Positions 8,281-16,716 of a stretch of DNA of 20,000 nt are shown in pieces. Location: IMG/VR virus record IMGVR_UViG_3300020413_000001. The stretch is one strand, 5' to 3'. This DNA comes from an uncultured virus (IMG/VR IMGVR_UViG_3300020413_000001) (lineage: Duplodnaviria; Heunggongvirae; Uroviricota; Caudoviricetes). The notes below the pieces were generated by a model, which did not search any database, was not told where the DNA came from, and worked only from the letters and a program-made list of their open reading frames with translations. The position numbers were made by a program, and so were the translations under genes. Numbering within the stretch: the stretch's first letter is position 1; the number at the start of each line of letters is the position of its first letter.

Positions 8281-8762
8281 TTAACTACTTTACCACCAGA
8301 CCATTTCATTTCTGGCAGGCCTTCGGTATATTTTTTTCCGTCGTAAGTTAAAACTTGTTTTCTATTTGCACCAGATTCGTGATAGCTTATGTGAACCCAA
8401 CCACCTGCTGGATCTTCAGAATCATAAAACTCTAAAATTAATTGGTCAAAGTCTACGTTGTTTTGTAGCCAGTAAGCTGTTTGAATATTTGGCACGCCAA
8501 ATATTTCTAGGTCACAGGCCTGGCCTTTTGCATGCTGCGAAGTTTTTTTGCTGCCAATTGCTTCACACAGCGCCTCGCTCCTGTAGCCCGAAGTAATCGT
8601 AACTGGCTTGTCAAAGTGTGCACGTAACGGTTCAAGAACCTCATAACATAGGTCACCTAAACTTTTAATTTCTCCAGCTCCTGGAGTATTATCAATATTT
8701 TTCCGAGTCGCTGTCATCGACTTGGTCATCTCTTTAAGAGTAAAGTGTTTACTAAGTTGCAT
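8277..8762 (-). CDS. Peptidase M15 family zinc peptidase, probable endolysin
   Basis: LSKHFTLKEM, ITSGYRS, SQHAKGQACD (HxxxxxxD) and WVHIS zinc ligands. Lies downstream of a small membrane protein. Confidence 0.9.
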   Translation of the reverse strand: MQLSKHFTLKEMTKSMTATRKNIDNTPGAGEIKSLGDLCYEVLEPLRAHFDKPVTITSGYRSEALCEAIGSKKTSQHAKGQACDLEIFGVPNIQTAYWLQNNVDFDQLILEFYDSEDPAGGWVHISYHESGANRKQVLTYDGKKYTEGLPEMKWSGGKVVN

Positions 8763-8769
8763 GATTTTT

Positions 8770-8958
8770 TTATCTAATAATTAAAGCAAATATAACATAT
8801 GCCATACCCGAGATCAACGCTCCAGTAGACACTAATAAGATGCTTTCTACGCGGTTAATTTGACGTTCAAGCTTATGTATTTTGTCATGCGTTTGCTTCT
8901 GCATGATTCTACACAGCTTTTCGTGGTCTTCTATTTTTTGTAATGCGTTTTTAGCCAT
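8770..8958 (-). CDS. Small coiled-coil protein with C-terminal transmembrane helix, holin-like
   Basis: 62 aa with hydrophobic ILLVSTGALISGMAYVIFALII, directly upstream of the endolysin. Confidence 0.55.
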   Translation of the reverse strand: MAKNALQKIEDHEKLCRIMQKQTHDKIHKLERQINRVESILLVSTGALISGMAYVIFALIIR

Positions 8959-11900
8959 TTGGAAATAGTAAACGGATTTTTTGGTCCATTGTCAAGTTAG
9001 AAAATTGGTTAGCTGCCTGTGATTGTGTCATAACAGACTGGTCAATTGATGGTAAGTTTAATGAAGTTTGTGTAACTGGTGTGTCTTCCATTATAGGCAT
9101 TAAAGGGTTTTCAATTGATGGAAACACTGCTTCGTCTAATGTAAGATCTATTAATTGATCATAAATTTCTTCAACAGCATCTTGTGCTTCTTCGTAAGGA
9201 TTTTCTAAACCTAAACGTTCTGCATTTTGTTCAAACGCTTGTTGTATTTCAACAGATGGTAAAAAAGGTTGAAATTCTCCTTCAGTCAAAGAGTTATAAG
9301 CTTTTGTTCCAACTCTATCAAAAGCTTCTATAATTTGATCTTCATCTAAACCTAATGTTTCTCCTGCTTCCATATCTAATTTCATATTTTTTTGTACACC
9401 AAATAAAGCACGGTTAGCATTTATAAAAGAATCTACAATGGTTCTTGGTTCTACCGGTCCACCTTTTAATACTTCTCTAGTAAATAAAGATCTAGAATCT
9501 CTAGTTCCTTTTTGAAAGTCTGCAATTTTAAAGTTCATAACTCTTTCTGCATTAATTTCTACAGGTCTAAAGCCAAACAATCCTGCAAACTCAGGACCAA
9601 ATTCATATGTTTGACCATACTTATCAAATTTACCTTTAGTAATCACATCAACTTCTTCTATTGATTGGTCCATTCTTTTTAATTGATTAAGTGAAAAAGG
9701 CATTTGTGCTTCTACTAAGTGAGCCATAATTTTACTGGCTTTATCACCTGACGTATCTTGTGGGTTAAATACTTGGTAACCTTCTCTTGTTCTACCACCT
9801 CTAACTAATATATCTGTAACAGCTTCTGTCCAAATAGATTCAGAAATAAATGGTGATGCAAATTCTTTCATGGCTTCAAACGTACCACCAATAAAGTCAT
9901 TAACTATACCATCATTATCTTTTTCACCATCAGCCACTCTGTTAACTACAGTTTGTAGTGGTCTAATTAATGTGTCATAAGCATTAGCGTGACTAAAATC
10001 TACGTAAGAGAAAGAACCATCTTTGTTTTTAATTGGTAGTAGGGTTGAGTTTTTAGACCAGTCAGCAACGTATCTTTTAATTGCTTGTCTCTCATCATCA
10101 GTTACATCGTATAGTGCACCAAACATTTCTGATACTGCATACGGTACAGCTGCAACGGTTGTAGTAAATCCAAACAATCTTGTGTACCCTGTTCTTTGAA
10201 AAGGTTTTAAAGTTTTACCATTAACAATTATCTCTTCGTTAATTTCTTTAAGTGCTCTCGTTACAATGTTTGTACCTGTTCTAGCAATCTCTGCAGGGAA
10301 TGATACAAAGTTTCCAATAGGTAGTTTTCTTAGACCTTTAATAAACTCTGATACATAATCATAGTTAGGTATGTTATTTCGAACAATATCAGCTGCTTGT
10401 TCTTCTAAATATTCTTTTGTTAATCTTACCTCTTCACCGGCAGCGTTCTTAAAAAACTGTCCTCTAACTACACCCACTCTTTCAAAAGCTTTTTCCATTC
10501 TTTTTTGTTCCATAGCCCATGATGCTATCTTCCAGAAATCATCTTCAGCTGTGTATAAATCTTGTGATACAGATTTTAATTTTGATAATGGTTTTAACAA
10601 TAATCTCATACCTTTGTCAGATGTCATAGTCTCACCAAAGTTTACATCTTCCATAAGTCTTGCAAGGTCCCCAAGTCTAACGTTAGAATTTACAACTCCA
10701 AGTTCTAACAATCTTTCATACAATTCATTCTGTTGCCTTGTGCCTTTTAACGGTGTTTGTAATGCTTGGTAAGCTTGTTTGATTGCAGCACCATCGGGTA
10801 CAATACCATTAGCTGTAGCAAAAGCTCCAGCACTTACAAAGTTACGCATGTGTGTAACTGGTGATAAAATTGTTTTAGCAATCTGTGATGTAGCTTTAGG
10901 ATACAACACTAAACTTTCATACATCTGCGCTAAGAATTTATTGTTTTCTGTTTGTAATGATGTTTGTTTTAATGCATCTGCAACACCAGGTCGTGCATAC
11001 AAAGGATTTTGTGGATCAGCAAAAGGATTAGTTGCACCTTTACTAATGGATAACTTACCTGATGGATCGATCACTTCTATTTTTTTAAAGTCCTCACCAA
11101 ATTGTTTCATGGCATCGTCATAACTTCTTGCAAACATTGGCTCTTTACCAGCGGCTTCAAGCTCATCAGATTTTCTAATTAAGTCATCAAAAAAAGTATT
11201 TCGTCTAGATATAACAGATAGTTTAGCTGTACCCCCTAGAATAGTTTGCATAGGATTTTTTTGTCTGCCTAATAATTGTTCTATAGCTTCTCGTGGTCCG
11301 CCTTTTTGTATGTCTAACATAGATACAAACTCTTTTGGTTTAGCATCATTTGCTTTATCCAATGTAGTTTTGTTTAAAAAGAAACTTGGTATTTTAAATA
11401 ATGGTACATTACCTCTGTCCATTTTAAATCCTGGAGGCATCTTAACTGTTCTAAGTATACCAGCGATTGCATCATCTGCTTCTTGTTCACTTAATTCTTT
11501 ACCTGCTTGTTCTGCACTTTGCATTAAAACAGCTCTTGTTTTTCCTATTGCCTCAGCTGTAGGTGTATAATTAAACCAAGGTATTAAAGATTTGTTTTGA
11601 AATATATCATAAGTTGAACCAAGGTAGTCTTTAAATTTACCACCAAATAATTCTTTAAACTCTGCTAATTCTTTTTTATCTAACTTACCGCCAACCTCAC
11701 TAAATAGTTTACCCCATCTAGTTCTAATGTTAGATAAGCCACCATAAATAGCTGTTTCTATTTCTTTTGCTTGGTCAGCGTTTTTTGAAAACTTTGCAAT
11801 TTTTTCTGATAGTTTTGCTTTTTTGGCTGCATCTAATGCATCAAATGTCATTACACCTGTATCATCTATCTTAGGGTTACCAGACAACAACAGATCATTA

Positions 11901-12754
11901 ACTTCACCTAAAAATTTATTTCTGTTTGCAGCATTTTGTTTATTAAAAATAGTTCTGATAGGTGGAAATAATTTATCTACACTAATATCTATTTCTCTAG
12001 ATGTGTTTCTTGCAGCTGCCGCATCCCCTGCTCTTAAACCTATTTGTTCTCTCTCCATTTGGAAAAACTCTGGAGTCTTGTCACCCCTTGCTCTCATTTT
12101 ACCAGCAACTTTGTCAATCCATTTATCTATTTTACTGTTGTTGACATCTAATTTTTTATTTCTTTGCGCAACTTTTTTAATTCCTGCACCAACACCACCA
12201 AGGATACCGGTAAACAATGCACCTTCAGTTCCAAACTTAACTCTGTTTAATAGTTCTCTACCTGGATCGTTCTCATCATCTTGTAAATTAAATGCTAGTG
12301 AACCTGCTGCTTCTACGTCACCAACAAATACACCTTCAGCTATACCACCTGCAACAGCACCCGCTAAAAGTTTAGCAGCACCACCACCACCCCTCATATT
12401 TTTTATTGCGCTAGCTAATTTAGGACTGTTAGCTTTTAATAATGTACCAGTCTTACCTGCATTAATTGCTTTCTCTGCAAGTTTACTACCAAGTTTAAAA
12501 CCATATCCACCTGGTAAACCTATGTTGACTAGTAGTTCTGTAATTTTTCCAGCGGCTGTTGCCTCTGCTCTTTCATCAAATGTTGTAAGGTCATCAAAGA
12601 ATTGTTCTACTTCAGCAGCTTTGTTTGTCCCTGCGCCCAGGTCTATAAGTGTTGCGCCTAATGAAAATGCGCCTTTAGGTATTGCAATTAAACCTGATGC
12701 TATGCCGGACAGGACTGATTCAATAGTGCCTACTCGACTAAAATCTTCAGCCAT
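8951..12754 (-). CDS. Large internal virion/ejection protein (1267 aa)
   Basis: GGAGG RBS. Gly/Ala-rich hydrophobic N-terminal segments and a helical character. Last and largest gene of the virion block, as for podovirus ejection proteins. Function inferred from position. Confidence 0.65.
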   Translation of the reverse strand: MAEDFSRVGTIESVLSGIASGLIAIPKGAFSLGATLIDLGAGTNKAAEVEQFFDDLTTFDERAEATAAGKITELLVNIGLPGGYGFKLGSKLAEKAINAGKTGTLLKANSPKLASAIKNMRGGGGAAKLLAGAVAGGIAEGVFVGDVEAAGSLAFNLQDDENDPGRELLNRVKFGTEGALFTGILGGVGAGIKKVAQRNKKLDVNNSKIDKWIDKVAGKMRARGDKTPEFFQMEREQIGLRAGDAAAARNTSREIDISVDKLFPPIRTIFNKQNAANRNKFLGEVNDLLLSGNPKIDDTGVMTFDALDAAKKAKLSEKIAKFSKNADQAKEIETAIYGGLSNIRTRWGKLFSEVGGKLDKKELAEFKELFGGKFKDYLGSTYDIFQNKSLIPWFNYTPTAEAIGKTRAVLMQSAEQAGKELSEQEADDAIAGILRTVKMPPGFKMDRGNVPLFKIPSFFLNKTTLDKANDAKPKEFVSMLDIQKGGPREAIEQLLGRQKNPMQTILGGTAKLSVISRRNTFFDDLIRKSDELEAAGKEPMFARSYDDAMKQFGEDFKKIEVIDPSGKLSISKGATNPFADPQNPLYARPGVADALKQTSLQTENNKFLAQMYESLVLYPKATSQIAKTILSPVTHMRNFVSAGAFATANGIVPDGAAIKQAYQALQTPLKGTRQQNELYERLLELGVVNSNVRLGDLARLMEDVNFGETMTSDKGMRLLLKPLSKLKSVSQDLYTAEDDFWKIASWAMEQKRMEKAFERVGVVRGQFFKNAAGEEVRLTKEYLEEQAADIVRNNIPNYDYVSEFIKGLRKLPIGNFVSFPAEIARTGTNIVTRALKEINEEIIVNGKTLKPFQRTGYTRLFGFTTTVAAVPYAVSEMFGALYDVTDDERQAIKRYVADWSKNSTLLPIKNKDGSFSYVDFSHANAYDTLIRPLQTVVNRVADGEKDNDGIVNDFIGGTFEAMKEFASPFISESIWTEAVTDILVRGGRTREGYQVFNPQDTSGDKASKIMAHLVEAQMPFSLNQLKRMDQSIEEVDVITKGKFDKYGQTYEFGPEFAGLFGFRPVEINAERVMNFKIADFQKGTRDSRSLFTREVLKGGPVEPRTIVDSFINANRALFGVQKNMKLDMEAGETLGLDEDQIIEAFDRVGTKAYNSLTEGEFQPFLPSVEIQQAFEQNAERLGLENPYEEAQDAVEEIYDQLIDLTLDEAVFPSIENPLMPIMEDTPVTQTSLNLPSIDQSVMTQSQAANQFSNLTMDQKIRLLFPNG

Positions 12755-12762
12755 GGTCCCTC

Positions 12763-13962
12763 CTATTCTTCTTTACCGAAATTCCACCATTTTTTATCTG
12801 AAGTGGATGAAGTAACTATTTCTTCTTTTAAAATTTTTCCGTTTTTATCTAGTTCAATAATTCTACCTTTAACAGTGTACACTCCAGCTCCATCAAAATC
12901 TGTTGATTTAACAAAGTCACTTACAGATTTATGGTCTTTAGAATTAATTGTTCCTTTATAAGTATTATTATCATAAGCGTCGCTTACACCTATTAATTGT
13001 TGTGCAACATATTCAGTAAGTTTATTACCTGTTAATTTTGCATCAATGGCTTTGTTTTTTGCTTCTAAAAGATTTGTTGCTAAACCTTCTGCTTTTCTTG
13101 AAGCGTCTTCATCGCTATAACCTCTAGCTTTAAAGTAATTATAGTTTTGATTCATAGTTCCAGTTCCCTCTTTACTAGCTTTAATTTGATCTAATTTTAA
13201 ATCTTGTTGAACCTGCATCAAGTTTGCAGCTTCTCTTAGTTTCTCTGGTTTGTCATACGATTGACTTGTTTCTGCTATAACATCTGAGACTAAGTTCTCC
13301 GCGCCCAAGCCTGTTCTAGATATTCTTTGACCTGCTTTAATCATTGCATCGTACAATGCATTTTTCTGTGCACGATCATAACCCAGTCCTTCTAAGATAG
13401 AGTTAACTTTTTCTTTTCTACTTAATACTTTTGGTTCATCATCAACACTATCTGTTTTACCTTTATTTTCAATGACTTCATCAAGAGTGTATGCAAATGG
13501 AGATTTACCTTGTGTAGTTACGGTTCCATCTGCCTTTGATTTAAGCTTGTTTGCTTCTTCTAATGCTTCTAACTCTTTTACTTTTTGTCTGTATTCTTCA
13601 GTTCCTATAAAAGTTTTTCCTATTTTTGCTTTTTGTAATTCTGTTAATGGTTCAACTGGATCTATTTGCTCTACTTCAGCAGCTAACTGATCAGTTTCAG
13701 ACATATCTATTTTTGGTTTTGTAACAACTTTTTTCATGTAAGGTTTAAATTCTTGTACTCTATATGGATTTCCAATACCTAATTTAGCTGCTTCATTTAA
13801 AACTTTTGGATCGGCAGCTGTTCCATCTTGTAAAACAGCTTGAACATTTTTAAAAACACTACCAGCATCTTGGTAACCTTGTCTTGGTTCTTGTATACCG
13901 GACATAATCCCTTCTTTAATAGGGCCACCATATCTAAACATAGGTCTATTTAAAACTTTCAT
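12763..13962 (-). CDS. Putative internal virion/ejection protein (399 aa)
   Basis: N-terminal RPMFRYGG..GIMSGIQEPRQGY, charged helical body, TAATG coupling to the upstream gene. Confidence 0.6.
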   Translation of the reverse strand: MKVLNRPMFRYGGPIKEGIMSGIQEPRQGYQDAGSVFKNVQAVLQDGTAADPKVLNEAAKLGIGNPYRVQEFKPYMKKVVTKPKIDMSETDQLAAEVEQIDPVEPLTELQKAKIGKTFIGTEEYRQKVKELEALEEANKLKSKADGTVTTQGKSPFAYTLDEVIENKGKTDSVDDEPKVLSRKEKVNSILEGLGYDRAQKNALYDAMIKAGQRISRTGLGAENLVSDVIAETSQSYDKPEKLREAANLMQVQQDLKLDQIKASKEGTGTMNQNYNYFKARGYSDEDASRKAEGLATNLLEAKNKAIDAKLTGNKLTEYVAQQLIGVSDAYDNNTYKGTINSKDHKSVSDFVKSTDFDGAGVYTVKGRIIELDKNGKILKEEIVTSSTSDKKWWNFGKEE

Positions 13963-14795
13963 TAATTGCTCCCTGGAAATCCAAATATTTTACCGTACAA
14001 TCCTCCTACTCCTAGAGCTGTACCAATTGCTTGTGACATTGGACTAACCGGTGTAGGTTCTGCGTAAGCTGCCGATGAAACACCACCAGATAAACCTGTT
14101 AAACCTTGGCCATATTGTGATAGTCTACCATATGGTTCGTAAGCTGCTGTTCGTGCTGCTTGTTGATCTGCCTGTAGTTGAGCTTGTGTTAATCCTTGTC
14201 TTAAAGATCCCAGTTGTCCTAATGCCCCAACGTCGGCACCTAGTCCTGATCTTTGAAAATTAGATAAACCATATTGTTGATCAACTAATTGACCACCTTG
14301 TGTAAATGCATTTGATGCTGCTTGTTGTGCGTTTTGAAATCCTGATTGTAACATTTGTGCTTGTAATGCAGATCTGTCTGCTAAAGTTCTAGCATCGTAT
14401 TCACCTAACATTGCACCTTCTCTACCACCACCAAAGTTACCTGTGGCTACAGCTGCATCTTGAATAGATTGTCTATCACCTGTTCTTGATCTATCATACT
14501 CTGCAAGTGTTGTATCAATAACTTGTTGTTGATAAGGAGACATGAAAGGTTGGTAAGCCTGTGGTCCAGTTAATGAACTAAGTCCACTTACACCAGTTTG
14601 TGCAGCTTGTAAAAATGGTTGATACGATCCTACACCAGCCGTTGCTAAATTAATTGCCTGTGTTTGTAATGGGTCTTCACCAGCAACAAATTGTCTGCCA
14701 GTAAATTTTGAAGTATCTATTGGTGCACTGTAAGCTGCTTTTGATTGTGCTGCGTAATCTTTTGCGTAATCTTGTAAAAAATCTGGTGTTGCCAT
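13962..14795 (-). CDS. Gln/Gly/Ala-rich putative DNA transfer (pilot/ejection) protein
   Basis: FMSPYQQQVID..L, GNFGGGRE, C-terminal hydrophobic AIGTALGVGGLYG. Composition and position match podovirus ejection proteins. Confidence 0.6.
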   Translation of the reverse strand: MATPDFLQDYAKDYAAQSKAAYSAPIDTSKFTGRQFVAGEDPLQTQAINLATAGVGSYQPFLQAAQTGVSGLSSLTGPQAYQPFMSPYQQQVIDTTLAEYDRSRTGDRQSIQDAAVATGNFGGGREGAMLGEYDARTLADRSALQAQMLQSGFQNAQQAASNAFTQGGQLVDQQYGLSNFQRSGLGADVGALGQLGSLRQGLTQAQLQADQQAARTAAYEPYGRLSQYGQGLTGLSGGVSSAAYAEPTPVSPMSQAIGTALGVGGLYGKIFGFPGSN

Positions 14796-16024
14796 TATAC
14801 TACCCTTGTTTCTAATTGTTTCATATTATTATACATATCTTGTGCACCCTCTAAACCTTGTGACTCTTTAGATACCTGTCCACCAGCTTCTAAATGATCC
14901 ATTAAATTTTCCATAACTTCTGCGCCTTTATCTATATCTCCACCACCTGCGTTTCTAACAGCATCTGCAGTAAATACAAACTCATTTACACTTAATCTTG
15001 CAGGCACATCGTCTGCTTTTTCTTTTGCACCAATAGGTACAAATCCACCTTCAGCTCTGTAATCTTTTTCCATACCACCTAGATCCATTAAACCTCCTTC
15101 GGCTCTTCCTACTCTTACACCGCCTGATGGGTAGTTAAATCTGTTTGTTCCTGGAGGAGTTCCATAACCAGGTACACTAGTTAATCCGCCACCCGCCATC
15201 ATCATAGGACCTTCTGGTTCTGTTTGTACTGTTTGTGATTCAGTCATCGTCATTTCTTCTTCTTCTGGTCCCTGTTCCCCGGACGCTTGTTGAAGAACAA
15301 GTTGTTTAAATTCTGGATATGATAAGTCACCACCTTGTGCTACGTATTTTTGATATTCTTGTCTTAAAAATTTTTCTGCTTCTGGTGGTAATTGTGGCCC
15401 TTCGGTTTCTACCATTTCTTCTGCCTCTACCATTTCACCATTAGCATAACCTATTCTTCCGCCTTCAGCCGCATTCTGTGGTAAATAAAATCCTTCTTGT
15501 ACAAAATTTTGATTAGGTAAAAAATTCATATAAGGATCTCTGTTTCTTGCCATCATCATTGCTGTGTATGGATCAATGTAAGACTCGTCAACCTCTTCTT
15601 CTATTTCTTCGTAGGGACCCATGCCAAATGCTTTTTGTATAAATGGTGTTGCAACCGCAAGTCCACCTAAACCTATTGCTAAATTTTTACCACTAAAACC
15701 TTTTCCAGGAATCATGGATCCTAAAAAAGAACCAAATTTATTGGTTTGAAAAATTCTATTACCACCAACATTTTCAAAACCACCTAAACCTAATCTAGAG
15801 AATAAACCTGCTTTACTAAATCCTGCTTTACTAAATCCACCACCTAGTCCATATCCTAAGCCCCCTATTAAAGCAGCTTTACCTAATGGACTTTTAACAA
15901 TTTTCTTTACACCACGAACAGCTTTTTTAACAAGTTTTCCTAAAAAATAACCTTGTCTTGGATCTTGTAAAGAACCTATTCCTGATTGTATTTGTTGTGG
16001 TTGTTGCATTCTAGATATTGCCAT
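14795..16024 (-). CDS. Putative internal virion protein with repeated xxGG motifs
   Basis: Cationic amphipathic N-terminal helix, Gly-rich hydrophobic segments, repeated AEGG/AGGG/PSGG, and C-terminal DDVPARLSVNEFVFTADAV resembling a motif common in tape-measure C-termini. Confidence 0.6.
   Translation of the reverse strand: MAISRMQQPQQIQSGIGSLQDPRQGYFLGKLVKKAVRGVKKIVKSPLGKAALIGGLGYGLGGGFSKAGFSKAGLFSRLGLGGFENVGGNRIFQTNKFGSFLGSMIPGKGFSGKNLAIGLGGLAVATPFIQKAFGMGPYEEIEEEVDESYIDPYTAMMMARNRDPYMNFLPNQNFVQEGFYLPQNAAEGGRIGYANGEMVEAEEMVETEGPQLPPEAEKFLRQEYQKYVAQGGDLSYPEFKQLVLQQASGEQGPEEEEMTMTESQTVQTEPEGPMMMAGGGLTSVPGYGTPPGTNRFNYPSGGVRVGRAEGGLMDLGGMEKDYRAEGGFVPIGAKEKADDVPARLSVNEFVFTADAVRNAGGGDIDKGAEVMENLMDHLEAGGQVSKESQGLEGAQDMYNNMKQLETRVV
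15807..15838. repeat. 15-bp in-frame tandem duplication (GFSKA x2)
   Basis: cctgctttactaaat repeated twice exactly. Confidence 0.85.
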
Positions 16025-16046
16025 AATTTTACCTTAATCCTTATGT

Positions 16047-16214
16047 TTACTTGGTTTTTGCTAACAAATCAAGAGGTGGCATTATAACTTTTACATCTTG
16101 AGCCATTTCTTCTTCTTTAAAACCTTTGTTTTCCCAGTCTTTTCTTTCCTTAAAAAGCTGACCAGTTTTTTTGTGTCTGTAAGTAGTTTCTACTTTAGCT
16201 TGTTTTATTTCCAT
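16047..16214 (-). CDS. 55-aa hypothetical protein (MEIKQAKVETTYRHKKTG...)
   Basis: Below the ORF-track size cutoff. AAGGAG RBS, TAATG overlap with the upstream gene, fills the gap. Confidence 0.8.
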   Translation of the reverse strand: MEIKQAKVETTYRHKKTGQLFKERKDWENKGFKEEEMAQDVKVIMPPLDLLAKTK

Positions 16215-16552
16215 TAGTCTGTTTTCTCCTTTAATATATTAAGATAGCTAATACCAAATACCACACCATCAGATACAGTGCCTGCTGTCGTGTATTCTAA
16301 TGTTGTGCCACCTTCTACAATTAAAGGTAAAGTTAATATTTCTACACTTGTAGCAGCTACTAGTGTTTGTGTATTTACTATCTCAAATGCATTATTTTTA
16401 ATAGTTACCGTAGGTGTATTAGAACCTGATTTGTTTGTAACTCTTAAAGACTTTATAATAATAGTTTCATTAACACTAGGTGATAACAACGCTACTGTTT
16501 CAGCAGCTGTCGTTGTTTTACCGTAAAATTTATATTGGTTTACTACTGCCAT
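16214..16552 (-). CDS. 112-aa beta-rich putative virion/tail protein
   Basis: Thr/Val/Ile-rich beta-strand pattern, TAATG overlaps on both ends, inside the structural block. Confidence 0.7.
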   Translation of the reverse strand: MAVVNQYKFYGKTTTAAETVALLSPSVNETIIIKSLRVTNKSGSNTPTVTIKNNAFEIVNTQTLVAATSVEILTLPLIVEGGTTLEYTTAGTVSDGVVFGISYLNILKEKTD

Positions 16553-16716
16553 TATTCTAAAAAGAAACTTTTAGCTTCTATTTCTTGTTTAACTTCATCT
16601 TGAAATGAAGAGTTTAATTTTGTTATTACACCATCAAGATCTCTAACTAATGACTGTAAATTTTTTCTGCTATATTCTTCTTCAGCTCTAGTTAATGATT
16701 GTACAATTTTTGCCAT
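16552..16716 (-). CDS. 54-aa helical hypothetical protein (MAKIVQSLTRAEEEYSRKNLQSLVRDLD...)
   Basis: Below the ORF-track size cutoff. TAATG overlaps at both ends fill the gap exactly, and GGAGG lies upstream. Confidence 0.8.
   Translation of the reverse strand: MAKIVQSLTRAEEEYSRKNLQSLVRDLDGVITKLNSSFQDEVKQEIEAKSFFLE

Noticed and set aside
11823..12815. 330-aa plus-strand ORF
   Set aside because: Antisense shadow of the 1267-aa gene, with Ser/Leu/Pro/Ala-rich mirror composition, no RBS and no motifs.
14751..14773. Tandem tgcgtaatctt repeat (QDYA/KDYA), and the GGDFRG/GAEFRG repeat near 16795-16830
   Set aside because: Two-copy in-frame micro-duplications in low-complexity protein regions, not an array.
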